A stretch of 64,000 nucleotides of DNA from NCBI GenBank assembly GCA_965200965.1, contig OZ241744.1, positions 864,001-928,000 on the forward strand. Direction: 5' to 3'. The notes beneath the pieces are model-generated. The model did no database searches. It saw only the letters and a list, made by a program, of their open reading frames with translations, and was not told the DNA's origin. The position numbers and the translations under genes are program-made. Source of the DNA: an uncultured Candidatus Binatia bacterium (lineage in GTDB: Bacteria > Desulfobacterota > Binatia > Bin18). Positions 38,859 to 47,906 of the stretch are shown in pieces. Every line of letters begins with the position of its first letter. The first letter of the stretch is position 1.

Positions 38859-39617
38859 ATGTGTCGCGCTCGCTCCGCCCTGTATTCGAGCCTCGCCCTG
38901 GCCGGCCTTGCGCTGTTCGCGGGTCTGCTCTGGCCCGCACCGGCCTCAGCCGGACAGATCATCCGCTGCCAGAGCCACGACTACCAGTATAAGCACTGCC
39001 CAACAGGGGGGCGCAGCCGTGTCCGTCTCAGCCGCCAGCTGTCCAGAAGCGCCTGCATCGAAGGCCGGACCTGGGGCTATGACCGCCGCGGCGTCTGGGT
39101 CGATCACGGCTGTGACGCCGAGTTTCGGATTCTCCCCCGACACACCCGCCGCCGCGGCCCGGCCCTGTTTCGCTGCCGCAGTGAACAGTACAGCTACCAG
39201 TACTGCCCCACAGACACCCGCGGCGGCGTCCGCCTCCTCAAACAACGCTCCAAAGCCGCCTGCGTTGAAGGCCAGAGCTGGGGCTATGACCGCCGCGGCG
39301 TCTGGGTCAATCACGGCTGCGACGCCGAGTTTCGGACTCTCCCCCGCCACACCCGCCGCCGCGGCCCGGCCGCCGAGCCTCGGATTCCCCGCCACACCCG
39401 CCGCCGCGGCCCAAGCATCTTCCGCTGCCGCAGTGAACACTATACCTACCAGTACTGCCCCACAGACACCCGCGGCGGCGTCCGCCTCCTCAAACAACGC
39501 TCCAAAGCCGTCTGTGTTGAAGGCCAGAGTTGGGGCTATGACCGCCGCGGCGTCTGGGTCAATCACGGCTGTGACGCCGAGTTTCAGACGGGCGGGTCCG
39601 TCAGCCGGCGACCGTAG
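38859..39617 (+). CDS. Secreted protein with three DUF3011-like Cys-containing repeats
   Basis: Signal peptide; 3x C.S...Y..CPT...Q.S..AC.EG..WGYDRRGVWV.HGCDAEF; PRHTRRRGP linkers. Confidence 0.85.
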   Translation: MCRARSALYSSLALAGLALFAGLLWPAPASAGQIIRCQSHDYQYKHCPTGGRSRVRLSRQLSRSACIEGRTWGYDRRGVWVDHGCDAEFRILPRHTRRRGPALFRCRSEQYSYQYCPTDTRGGVRLLKQRSKAACVEGQSWGYDRRGVWVNHGCDAEFRTLPRHTRRRGPAAEPRIPRHTRRRGPSIFRCRSEHYTYQYCPTDTRGGVRLLKQRSKAVCVEGQSWGYDRRGVWVNHGCDAEFQTGGSVSRRP

Positions 39618-39642
39618 ACATTTTTTGAACAGGAGGTCATGT

Positions 39643-39948
39643 ATGATTGTTGTTTCAGGTACCATTCCGCTCAAAGCCGAAACGCGTGACGAAGCAGTCC
39701 GGCTGGCGCTTGACATGGCACGAGCCACCCAAGCCGAAGCCGGGTGTCTGTTCTACCAGTTCTATGCTGACTTGGCCGATCCCAACCTGCTGCGCATTTT
39801 CGAGGAGTGGGAATCTGACGAAGCGCTCAGCCGGCATCTGAAGACCGACCACATGGCAGCCTTCATCAAGGCAATTCCCCGGCTGGTGGCCGGCCCAATT
39901 GAGGCCAAGAAGTATACGGTCAGCGCGGCGGAACCGCTCAGCGCCTGA
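39643..39948 (+). CDS. Antibiotic biosynthesis monooxygenase (ABM) family protein
   Basis: SD AGGAGG; EAGC..Y, FEEWES..AL..H..TDHM. Confidence 0.88.
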   Translation: MIVVSGTIPLKAETRDEAVRLALDMARATQAEAGCLFYQFYADLADPNLLRIFEEWESDEALSRHLKTDHMAAFIKAIPRLVAGPIEAKKYTVSAAEPLSA

Positions 39949-40014
39949 GCCGGCGGCTGGCCTCCGCCCCCCCCCAACTCCATTCCGCGGGATGGTGGAC
40001 CGCGGAAAAGCCGC

Positions 40015-40791
40015 TCAGCCGAGCGCGCTCACAACCAGGCGACCGGCCGCCAGGGCCGCGCCGGCATACAATACCGCCATAAAAGGCCGCTCTGGAATGC
40101 GGCTATGCAGCCGGGCACCGAGCATGGTGCCAACCGGCAGGCAGGGCAAAAAGCTCAGTGACCGGGCCAGGCTTGCCGGGTCAATCAGTCCGAGCCAGAT
40201 ATAGGTCAGCAACTTGGCCAAGTTGACCCAAAAGAAGACCAGCAGGTTGGTCGCCACAATCTGGTGTTTGTCCAGGCGTTGGTCGAGCAGATACAGGCTG
40301 ATCAGCGGGCCGGCAGCATGGGCCAGGGTTGAGGCCAGAGCCGCCAGCAGGCCGGCCGAGCCGCCGGCCAGAGGGTGGCCGGAAAAACGCGGAACCTTGC
40401 CGCCCAGCAGTTCATAGCCCTGAAGCGCGACAAAACCCAGACAGATGCCGCCAACCGTCAGGGTCAGCAGCGGAATAAAATGCGTGCTGTGCCGAAGAAC
40501 GCCCAACAGCACCGCGCCCAGACAGAAGCCACAGGCCGAGCCGACCCCCAGCCAGCGGACATGGGGGCGCGACTGCCGGCCCCAATGATGCCCGATGCTC
40601 AGGATGTCGCCGGCGATGAGCAGGGGCAGCAGCACGCCGAGGACGGTATGGATGGGCAGGACCAGGGCCAGGAGTGGCACGGCGATAATCCCCACCCCCC
40701 CGCCAAAGCCGGCTTTGCCAATGCCGATAATCAGCGTCGCCAGCGCCCCGACAGCGTAGGACAAGGGGTCAAGACCGGTGAACATGTTCAC
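40015..40791 (-). CDS. TauE/SafE family sulfite exporter
   Basis: GKAGFGGG, multiple TM helices, HAAGP, NLAKL. Confidence 0.88.
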   Translation of the reverse strand: MNMFTGLDPLSYAVGALATLIIGIGKAGFGGGVGIIAVPLLALVLPIHTVLGVLLPLLIAGDILSIGHHWGRQSRPHVRWLGVGSACGFCLGAVLLGVLRHSTHFIPLLTLTVGGICLGFVALQGYELLGGKVPRFSGHPLAGGSAGLLAALASTLAHAAGPLISLYLLDQRLDKHQIVATNLLVFFWVNLAKLLTYIWLGLIDPASLARSLSFLPCLPVGTMLGARLHSRIPERPFMAVLYAGAALAAGRLVVSALG

Positions 40792-40808
40792 GGCGGAAGA
40801 CAGGCGGC

Positions 40809-42104
40809 TCAGCCCACCAGCCAGCGCACCGCCATAACGGCCCCGATAACACCGGCCACATCGGCGATCAGGCCGGTGGCCAGGGCGTGACGCACCCGTG
40901 TGATGCCGACCGCACCAAAGTAGACCGCGAGGACATAAAACGTCGTCTCGGTGCTGCCCTGGAGGGTAGACACCAGATAGCCGACCGGGCTGTCCGGGCC
41001 CTCGGCTTGCATGATCTCGGCCATGATGCCGTAGGCCCCGGAGCCTGACAGCGGGCGGAGCAACGCCATCGGCAGGGCTTCCGGGGGAAACCCGAGCAGG
41101 CTGAGAGTCGGGCCGATGACAGCAATAATGCCATCAAGCAGGCCGGAGGCCCGAAACATCCCCGCGGCAACAATAATGGCGACCAGAAACGGGATAATCC
41201 TGAGCGCAACCTGAAAACCCTCTTTTGCTCCGGTAATCATCGCGTCATACACGGCGACCCGCTTGGCCAGGCCATAGAGCAGCATCAGGACGATCAGGAC
41301 CGGCACCAGCCAGCTTGAGGCGGCCTCCCGCAGCAGCCCGCCAAGCGACAGCCCGGCGGTCATGCCGGCCTGCAGGTGCAGCACAAAGCCAAGGCCCAGA
41401 GCGGCCAGGGTGAGCACCGCGACCAGACAGCCCGGCCGAGAGCTTGGCCGGTCCGCGCCAAGTGCTGCCTGGTCGGGCAGCCGGACTTCCTGCTGGCCGG
41501 CCGGCTCAGCCGCGCCGGTCTGCGGCCCGGTCGGCACGACCCGCTGGAGGAGTTTTGCGGCGGTAATGCCGACCAGGGTTGAGAGCGAGGTGGCAAACAG
41601 GGTGGGCAGCCAGATGCCGGCCGCGTCGGTCGAGCCGAGCGAGGCGCGCAGCGCAATCACCCCCAGCGGGGCAAGCGCAAGGTTTGAGGTATTGATCGCC
41701 AGAAAAAGGACCATAGCGTTGGTCGCCACTCCGGGCCGGGGGTTGAGGCGGGCCAGTTCCTGCATGGCCTTGATGCCGAACGGGGTGGCGGCATTGCCCA
41801 GTCCCAGCATATTCGAGGCCATGTTCATAATCATCGCGCTCATGGCCGGATGATCGGCCGGCACCTCAGGAAACAGCCGCGCCATCAGCGGCCGCAGCGC
41901 ACGGGCCAGCGTATGCAGCAGCCCGCCCTCCTGGACAATCCGCATCAGGCCCAGCCAGAAGGCCATCACCCCGACCAGGCCCAGGGCCAAGCTGACGGCC
42001 GACTTGGCCGAGTCTATTGAGGCCGCGGTCACTTCGGCCATCGTGCCGCTGAAGGCCGCGGCCACAACAGAGGCGACAACAAGTCCGAGCCAGATCACGT
42101 TCAT
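40809..42104 (-). CDS. Fused SpmA-SpmB nucleoside-recognition membrane protein
   Basis: NMLGLGNAATPFG, RPLSGSGA, GSTETTFYV. Confidence 0.92.
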   Translation of the reverse strand: MNVIWLGLVVASVVAAAFSGTMAEVTAASIDSAKSAVSLALGLVGVMAFWLGLMRIVQEGGLLHTLARALRPLMARLFPEVPADHPAMSAMIMNMASNMLGLGNAATPFGIKAMQELARLNPRPGVATNAMVLFLAINTSNLALAPLGVIALRASLGSTDAAGIWLPTLFATSLSTLVGITAAKLLQRVVPTGPQTGAAEPAGQQEVRLPDQAALGADRPSSRPGCLVAVLTLAALGLGFVLHLQAGMTAGLSLGGLLREAASSWLVPVLIVLMLLYGLAKRVAVYDAMITGAKEGFQVALRIIPFLVAIIVAAGMFRASGLLDGIIAVIGPTLSLLGFPPEALPMALLRPLSGSGAYGIMAEIMQAEGPDSPVGYLVSTLQGSTETTFYVLAVYFGAVGITRVRHALATGLIADVAGVIGAVMAVRWLVG

Positions 42105-42151
42105 GCATGCCCTCCCCAGCTTGTCTCAGGCCGGCTACACTAGCCTGTAGT

Positions 42152-42421
42152 ATGAAAAAGACGACATGGATAGCGGCGGGAGCGCTGATAGCCCTCGTGG
42201 TGCTGGTGGTGTATGCGAGCTTTCAGGTCGGAGGCTATCGATGTGAGGTGTGTATGCGGTTTCGGGGTGCGCAAGACTGTCGGACGGTTGACGGGGCGAC
42301 CGAGATGGAGGCGCACAGAGCGGCCATTACCAACGCCTGCGCCCTGCTGGCCTCGGGCGTGACCGACTCGCTGGCCTGCGAGCGGACCCGCCCGACAACA
42401 GTGCGGTGCAGCCCCCTCTGA
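42152..42421 (+). CDS. Small membrane-anchored Cys-rich hypothetical protein
   Basis: N-terminal TM, CEVC plus 4 more Cys. Confidence 0.65.
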   Translation: MKKTTWIAAGALIALVVLVVYASFQVGGYRCEVCMRFRGAQDCRTVDGATEMEAHRAAITNACALLASGVTDSLACERTRPTTVRCSPL

Positions 42422-43861
42422 TCAGAACCCGGCCGGGCGTGGACAGCCGCCGGCCTGCCTCAGCACATGCCTGGCCAGGTCAAGGCTGGTCCGGTCCTCC
42501 AGATAGGGGCCGACAATCTGAACGCCGACCGGCAGGCCGTTGTCCAGACAGCCGACCGGGACGACGGTCGCCGGCAGATAGCAGGCCCCGGCCGGGGCCA
42601 TCCAGGTAATCATGTCCCAGTAGGGATAGTCCCGGTCGCCGACCCGGACGCTGCGGCCGGCCTGCGGCTCGGAATGGTCGTGGCGAATGGCCGCGCAGGG
42701 CATGACCGGCAGCAGGATGGCGTCCCAGTCCTGGAAAAACTCTTCCCAGCGCTTGCGCATCTGCATCCGACGCTCGTTATAGCTCAGCCACTCCCGGTGG
42801 CGCATGGCCATGAAACGCCGGGTGCGGTCAACGCTGGTGTCGCCGGAGGCCGCGGCATAACGCTCAATGGTGTCACGGGCCACCTCGCCCGAGAGCGCGA
42901 CTTGTAAGAGCGCCTGAAACGTGGTGGCGATTTTTTCCAGGGAGAATGCGGGCCGCGCCTCGGGGTCAAGCCGCACCCCCTCGGCGGACAGCCGACCGGC
43001 CGCGGCTTCGAGCAGGGCCTTGAGCTGCGGCTCAAGCGGACAGCGGGGATCGTCCAGCCAAGCCGCCACCCGGTAGTCTTTGAGCCGCTGCCGGCGGGCC
43101 GGCGGCAACGCCAGCCGCCAAGCCGGCCGCTCCCAGCGGTTCGGCCCGGCCATGATGTCGAGGCCGAGTTCCAGGTCTTCAACGCTGCGGGCCATGGGAC
43201 CGGCAACCGCCAGATCGGCCAGGGTCAGGGTTCCCGGCGGGCCGGGAATCTGGCCGTGGGCCGGCACGATGCCATAACTCGGCTTGTGTCCGACCACGCC
43301 CGACATGTGCGACGGCAGGCGAATTGACCCCCCGATATCGCTGCCCAGTTCCAGGGGCGTCAAACCGCAGGCCAGGGCCGCGGCCGAGCCGCCGGACGAG
43401 CCGCCCGGGGTGCGCTCGGGGTCGTAGGGGTTGTTGGTCGTGCCAAAGACCTTGTTATAGCTTTGCAGGTCGCCGGCATAGAGCGGCAGGTTGGTCTTGC
43501 CAAAGATGACCGCTCCGGCCTCACGCAGCCGGGCAACCGGCCAGGCGTCTTCCCGGGGGACAAAGTCTGCCAACTCGGCAGCCCCCGAGGTGGTCCGCAT
43601 CCCCGCGGTCTGAAAGGAGTCTTTGACCGTCATGGGAACGCCGTGCAGCGGGCCGCGCAGCTCGCCCCGGGCCAAGGCCGCGTCGGCCGCAGCGGCTTCT
43701 GAGCGGGCGCGCTCGGGGTCCCGCGTCACCACGCTGTTGATCGGTGGATCGAGCCTGTCCACCCGCTCGAGGAGGGCGTCGAGCACTTCGCGGCTTGAGA
43801 CCTCCCGCTGACGGATTTTCTGGGCGATTTCGATGGCGGTCGCATACGCCAATGCATCCAT
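42422..43861 (-). CDS. Amidase signature family enzyme
   Basis: GVPMTVKD, GGSSGG, GSDIGGSIR. Confidence 0.93.
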   Translation of the reverse strand: MDALAYATAIEIAQKIRQREVSSREVLDALLERVDRLDPPINSVVTRDPERARSEAAAADAALARGELRGPLHGVPMTVKDSFQTAGMRTTSGAAELADFVPREDAWPVARLREAGAVIFGKTNLPLYAGDLQSYNKVFGTTNNPYDPERTPGGSSGGSAAALACGLTPLELGSDIGGSIRLPSHMSGVVGHKPSYGIVPAHGQIPGPPGTLTLADLAVAGPMARSVEDLELGLDIMAGPNRWERPAWRLALPPARRQRLKDYRVAAWLDDPRCPLEPQLKALLEAAAGRLSAEGVRLDPEARPAFSLEKIATTFQALLQVALSGEVARDTIERYAAASGDTSVDRTRRFMAMRHREWLSYNERRMQMRKRWEEFFQDWDAILLPVMPCAAIRHDHSEPQAGRSVRVGDRDYPYWDMITWMAPAGACYLPATVVPVGCLDNGLPVGVQIVGPYLEDRTSLDLARHVLRQAGGCPRPAGF

Positions 43862-43895
43862 GCGTTCCTCCTGCTTGCCGGCGGGATCAGGCCCG

Positions 43896-44228
43896 TCAGC
43901 GCCCGCGGAACTGGTTATTGCACTCGACCTGACAGCCGGTCAGGTCGCCCCGGGCGTCATTCTGACAGGCCAGCACCGGGCTATCAAAGGCGGTCGGGTT
44001 GGCTTTCTCCTCCTCTGACAGTTGGGCGATGCAGTCTTCTTCCTGTTGTGTGGCGGCTTGCTGGCATTGTTCCAGACACTCATCACGCGTCCCCTGCGGC
44101 TCCGCCTCGTCCACTTCGGTCGCCTCTTGGACAGCTTCCTCCAGGTCTCCCGGACAGGCGGCCAGGAATACGACCCCGCCTAACATCATTCCCATTGAAA
44201 CGGCTCTGCCAAGTCTGCCAAGTCGCAT
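43896..44228 (-). CDS. Acidic lipoprotein with symmetric six-Cys helical hairpin
   Basis: SD AAGGAG; lipobox LAAC; Cx3Cx10C...Cx10Cx3C. Confidence 0.7.
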   Translation of the reverse strand: MRLGRLGRAVSMGMMLGGVVFLAACPGDLEEAVQEATEVDEAEPQGTRDECLEQCQQAATQQEEDCIAQLSEEEKANPTAFDSPVLACQNDARGDLTGCQVECNNQFRGR

Positions 44229-44410
44229 AGCTCTCTCCTTTGCTGGACTCGCCCCTTTGTGCCGGTGGGCGGCGACAGGATTATATGCTACACAAATACC
44301 TCTGACTAGTTGGCGCACGCACCGCCTTGCACTCAGGCCGACAACAGGATTTCACCCGTCCGCCGGACTGAGACGAGGCGGTGACTGCGAAATACCACAC
44401 ACTTGGCCGC

Positions 44411-44443
44411 GCAGATCGGGTCAGCCGCAGGCGTAACCCGACA
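44411..44443 (+). repeat. REP-like palindrome
   Basis: GCAGATCGGGTCAGCCGCAGGCGTAACCCGACA; TCGGGT/ACCCGA stem, resembles GTAG-family REPs. Confidence 0.45.
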
Positions 44444-44535
44444 GGACAGTTCACGTTTCGTCAAACCGACCTCTATGCGCGTCGGCGGTCGGGGTATTGA
44501 TGTCTGCATGGTAGACGGCCTTGCCCTGAAAGGCA

Positions 44536-44985
44536 TGTGTTTTCCTTCATTGTGCATGGCGGCCGACGCTTCCTCAGCCATGCTTCAATTATCCGCTTCT
44601 TCTTGCAGCAGAATCAAGGAGTTGAGTGACCAGCCCTTCGATTTCGCCGGCAAGGCCGTGTTCGGCCAGGGCCGCCCGGACGCGCTGACGGACGCGGGTA
44701 AAATACTCGCCCGGCGTGCGGGGCAGGCTCTCGACCAAGCCGGCCGCGGTCTGTGCCGCTTGTGTTTTCCTTCATTGTGCATGGCGGCCGACGCTTCCTC
44801 AGCCATGCTTCAATTATCCGCTTCTTCTTGCAGCAGAATCAAGGAGTTGAGTGACCAGCCCTTCGATTTCGCCGGCAAGGCCGTGTTCGGCCAGGGCCGC
44901 CCGGACGCGCTGACGGACGCGGGTAAAATACTCGCCCGGCGTGCGGGGCAGGCTGTCGACCAGGCCGGCCGCGGTCTGTGCCGCT
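44536..44985. repeat. 225-bp tandem duplication including the 3' end of the RM gene
   Basis: 44536-44760 vs 44761-44985; two substitutions seen. Confidence 0.95.
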
Positions 44986-47897
44986 TGGGCTAATGCCTGG
45001 TGCAGGGCGTTAGCGCCCTCAAAGCGCGGGATGGGCAGGTTGAAGACGTATTTGTCAAAGTGGCGCGCGCCCCATTGGCCTTGGGATTGATAGCGGGCGA
45101 CGCCGGTGCGCAGGGTCTTGCTGTTGAAAATCGCGCATAAGTACTGGGCCTCAGCCACATCTTCGACCGCGGCCCAGTACAGTTGATGATCGATGACCGG
45201 AGTCTCGTCCTGAACGACACAGGCGGCAAGATTGGTGCCGGCCTTAGTATACACAACGCGGATCGGCGCGGGCGGGAATTGCTTGGACAGACCCTGGTGA
45301 TAGTCCTGGCGTTCGAGAAAAGTCAGGGCACTGCGCTGATGCCGCTCCCACAGCGTTTCGCTGTTTTTGAGCCATTGCGACAATCGCGGGTAGCCGCGCT
45401 CGGCGGCCCGGGCCGCGTCCATGAGTTCGCCCTCCGCCCACGGAATGACCGCCAGCTGTGGGGCCAGGACGCAGAACGGGGCGATGGACTCACCGAGCAG
45501 CACAGGACGCAGAAACGCCTGCTCAACCGTGCCCTCGGGCGGCGGCAGGGTCTTCCACGGGGCTTTGTCCTGATTGCCAACGCGCCCGCGCACCAGGGGA
45601 AACGCGGGGTTGGGCGGCAGCCTTCCAGAAGTCGTCACCGGCTCAACCAGGACAAAACGGCGGGGAATCAGGGTTGCACCAGCGCGAAAGGCTTTGCGGT
45701 AGGGCGAGCCGGCCGGCTCGGACGAGGCAATGGCCGGCCAGGCCGCGGGGGTTTCGGTCAGGGTGGCGGCGGCCTCTGCCCGGTCGGCGTCTCGCTTGGG
45801 CAGGCTGCCGGCAAAGGCCAGGATGCGGGCCGGCAGCCGCGGCGGGGTGTCGCCGGCCTGGACTTCGGCAAACAGCACACAGCTCGGCACTGGAAACAAA
45901 GGCTGGACCTCGGCTCCGAAGGCCCACGCCTGGGTGAAACGCAGGCGCAAGACCGGCTGACCAAAGCGGGCCACCTCGCCCGCCCTGAACGGCGCGTAGG
46001 CTTGGCGCGACATCGCGGCCTGGGGCAGGATCATGGCCAGCCGGCCGGCCCGGCGCATATACAGGCCGGCGGCACGCATATAGAAATAGCCGGACAAGTC
46101 CTGCTGGGTGGCCACCTTGCCGCCGACCCACAGCCCCGCGGCCCGGCTTTCCTGACGGAAACGCGCCTTGAAATCCCCGCTCATATAGCGGTAGGACACC
46201 CACGGCGGATTACCGATCACCACATCGGCCTTCTGGGCCTCGGAGGCCAGCCACACCGGACGGGCCAGGTTGCGGGCCACATAGCCCCAGATGTGGTTGC
46301 GGCCCTCTTCTTGCAGCCGGCGCATGGTCGTATAGGTGGTCTGGAGAAGATGGCCGTCCCGTTCAGAAGCCGCTCCCTCACGCTCCAGCCAAGCGACAAA
46401 ATGGGCCAGCGGCTCACCACGCGCCCCAAACTCGATCATCGTGTTCAACACCCGGTCAAACAGCGAGGCATCCGAGGCCACCCCGGCCGGGAAGCGCAGC
46501 GTGACCGCGGCGAGCTGTCTGGCCTTAGGCGTGCTGACCGTCATGCCCGGCACAAAGATGTTCAGGGTCTCATTGTCGGCCAGCAGGGGCGGTTGCGCTC
46601 CGATATCACAATCCATCCCGGTCTCAGGCCGGCTCAGGTTCCATTGCAGGGCATCACCCAGGTAGACGGGCACGGCCAGCGCACCCGGATGGCCGCCGGC
46701 GCGCAAGGCCGGCATCAGCGCCAGCAGGTAGGTGACGCGGGCAAAAATGACGGCGACCGGATGGATGTCAATGCCGGCCACCTGCTCCACGGCCCGCTCA
46801 ACCGCCTGGACCGGCGACAGGCCGGCCGCCTCTGCGCCGGCCAGTACGCCGCGGACGGCGTGGAACAGAAAGGCACCCGAGCCGCAGGCCGGGTCCATGA
46901 CGCGCTGCTCCAGCGGCTTGTCCACCGCCGCGGCCACCATGCGGGCCGCCAGCCAGTCGGGCGTGTAGTATTCGCCGAGGTCGTGCCGGGTGTCGGGGTC
47001 AATCAGGCTCTCGTAGAGCGCCTTCATCATGTCAATACGGATATCGCTCAGCCGGAAACGGCCGACCAGGCGCGCAATCTGCATGACCAGTTCGGGCCCG
47101 CCCCGGGCGGCCAATATCCAGTCAAAGAAGTCCGGCTCGCTCTGCCCGCTGATGCCGAGATTCGTAAACGCCTCGCCGTGCAGCAAGGCCGCGGCGTTCG
47201 CCGGCGGCGCGTCGATCATGGCGTTCCAGGCCACCGCTTTGGCGATAACGGCCAGATAGGTGTGCTGCAAAAACAGGGCATCGTCGCCGACCCCGGCCCC
47301 GTAGGCCAGGCTCAGCAGCCGGTTCCACAGCTCGCGCTTCAGGCCCGCCTCGGGCGTCTGGGCCACGCCGGCCCACAACTCGCCGAGCTCGTCAAGTGCG
47401 TGACGGGCGGCAATGCTGTGGCGTCCGAACTCGCGCTGTATGGTGTGTGGCTCGGGCAGCAGCTCGTCGCCAACGGCCACCGCGCTTTGCAGCCAGACCA
47501 GCAGCTCGCGCGACGCCGAGGCGTCCGTGCGATGGCTGTCCGCTTCACGCAGCCGTCCGGCCTTGAGAGAATAGGCCGTGAAGTCAGCCCCATCGGTCGC
47601 CAGCCCCACATAGCGCTTACCGGTGAGGCGCTGGCGGTCGCTCAGATAGCGGCTGAGTTCTTCTTCGGCGTCTCCCCGTTCGCGCCTCAGGTCAGACTTG
47701 AACTCCAGCACGGTACGGCCCAGCAGGGCATCGATCCGGCCGTGCACTTCGGGAACCGGCTTCTCGAAATCCATGTCCCGGCTGTCCGCGCCAAGCCCAT
47801 CAACCATCAGGCGATGGATCAGCACCCGGACTTTTTCGTGACCGGGGCGGGCCGCAAGTTCCGCCACCAGTGCGTCTCTTTCCTCTGGGGTCAGCAT
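44814..47897 (-). CDS. Type IIG-like restriction-modification fusion
   Basis: GRIDA....LEFK nuclease, LGEYYTPDWLA, DPACGSG, GNPPW, C-terminal TRD. Confidence 0.85.
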   Translation of the reverse strand: MLTPEERDALVAELAARPGHEKVRVLIHRLMVDGLGADSRDMDFEKPVPEVHGRIDALLGRTVLEFKSDLRRERGDAEEELSRYLSDRQRLTGKRYVGLATDGADFTAYSLKAGRLREADSHRTDASASRELLVWLQSAVAVGDELLPEPHTIQREFGRHSIAARHALDELGELWAGVAQTPEAGLKRELWNRLLSLAYGAGVGDDALFLQHTYLAVIAKAVAWNAMIDAPPANAAALLHGEAFTNLGISGQSEPDFFDWILAARGGPELVMQIARLVGRFRLSDIRIDMMKALYESLIDPDTRHDLGEYYTPDWLAARMVAAAVDKPLEQRVMDPACGSGAFLFHAVRGVLAGAEAAGLSPVQAVERAVEQVAGIDIHPVAVIFARVTYLLALMPALRAGGHPGALAVPVYLGDALQWNLSRPETGMDCDIGAQPPLLADNETLNIFVPGMTVSTPKARQLAAVTLRFPAGVASDASLFDRVLNTMIEFGARGEPLAHFVAWLEREGAASERDGHLLQTTYTTMRRLQEEGRNHIWGYVARNLARPVWLASEAQKADVVIGNPPWVSYRYMSGDFKARFRQESRAAGLWVGGKVATQQDLSGYFYMRAAGLYMRRAGRLAMILPQAAMSRQAYAPFRAGEVARFGQPVLRLRFTQAWAFGAEVQPLFPVPSCVLFAEVQAGDTPPRLPARILAFAGSLPKRDADRAEAAATLTETPAAWPAIASSEPAGSPYRKAFRAGATLIPRRFVLVEPVTTSGRLPPNPAFPLVRGRVGNQDKAPWKTLPPPEGTVEQAFLRPVLLGESIAPFCVLAPQLAVIPWAEGELMDAARAAERGYPRLSQWLKNSETLWERHQRSALTFLERQDYHQGLSKQFPPAPIRVVYTKAGTNLAACVVQDETPVIDHQLYWAAVEDVAEAQYLCAIFNSKTLRTGVARYQSQGQWGARHFDKYVFNLPIPRFEGANALHQALAQAAQTAAGLVDSLPRTPGEYFTRVRQRVRAALAEHGLAGEIEGLVTQLLDSAARRSG

Positions 47898-47906
47898 GGA
47901 AGGGGA

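Noticed and set aside
39130-39590. CRISPR-like repeats
   Set aside because: The repeats are in-frame protein domain duplications with no unique spacers and no cas genes.
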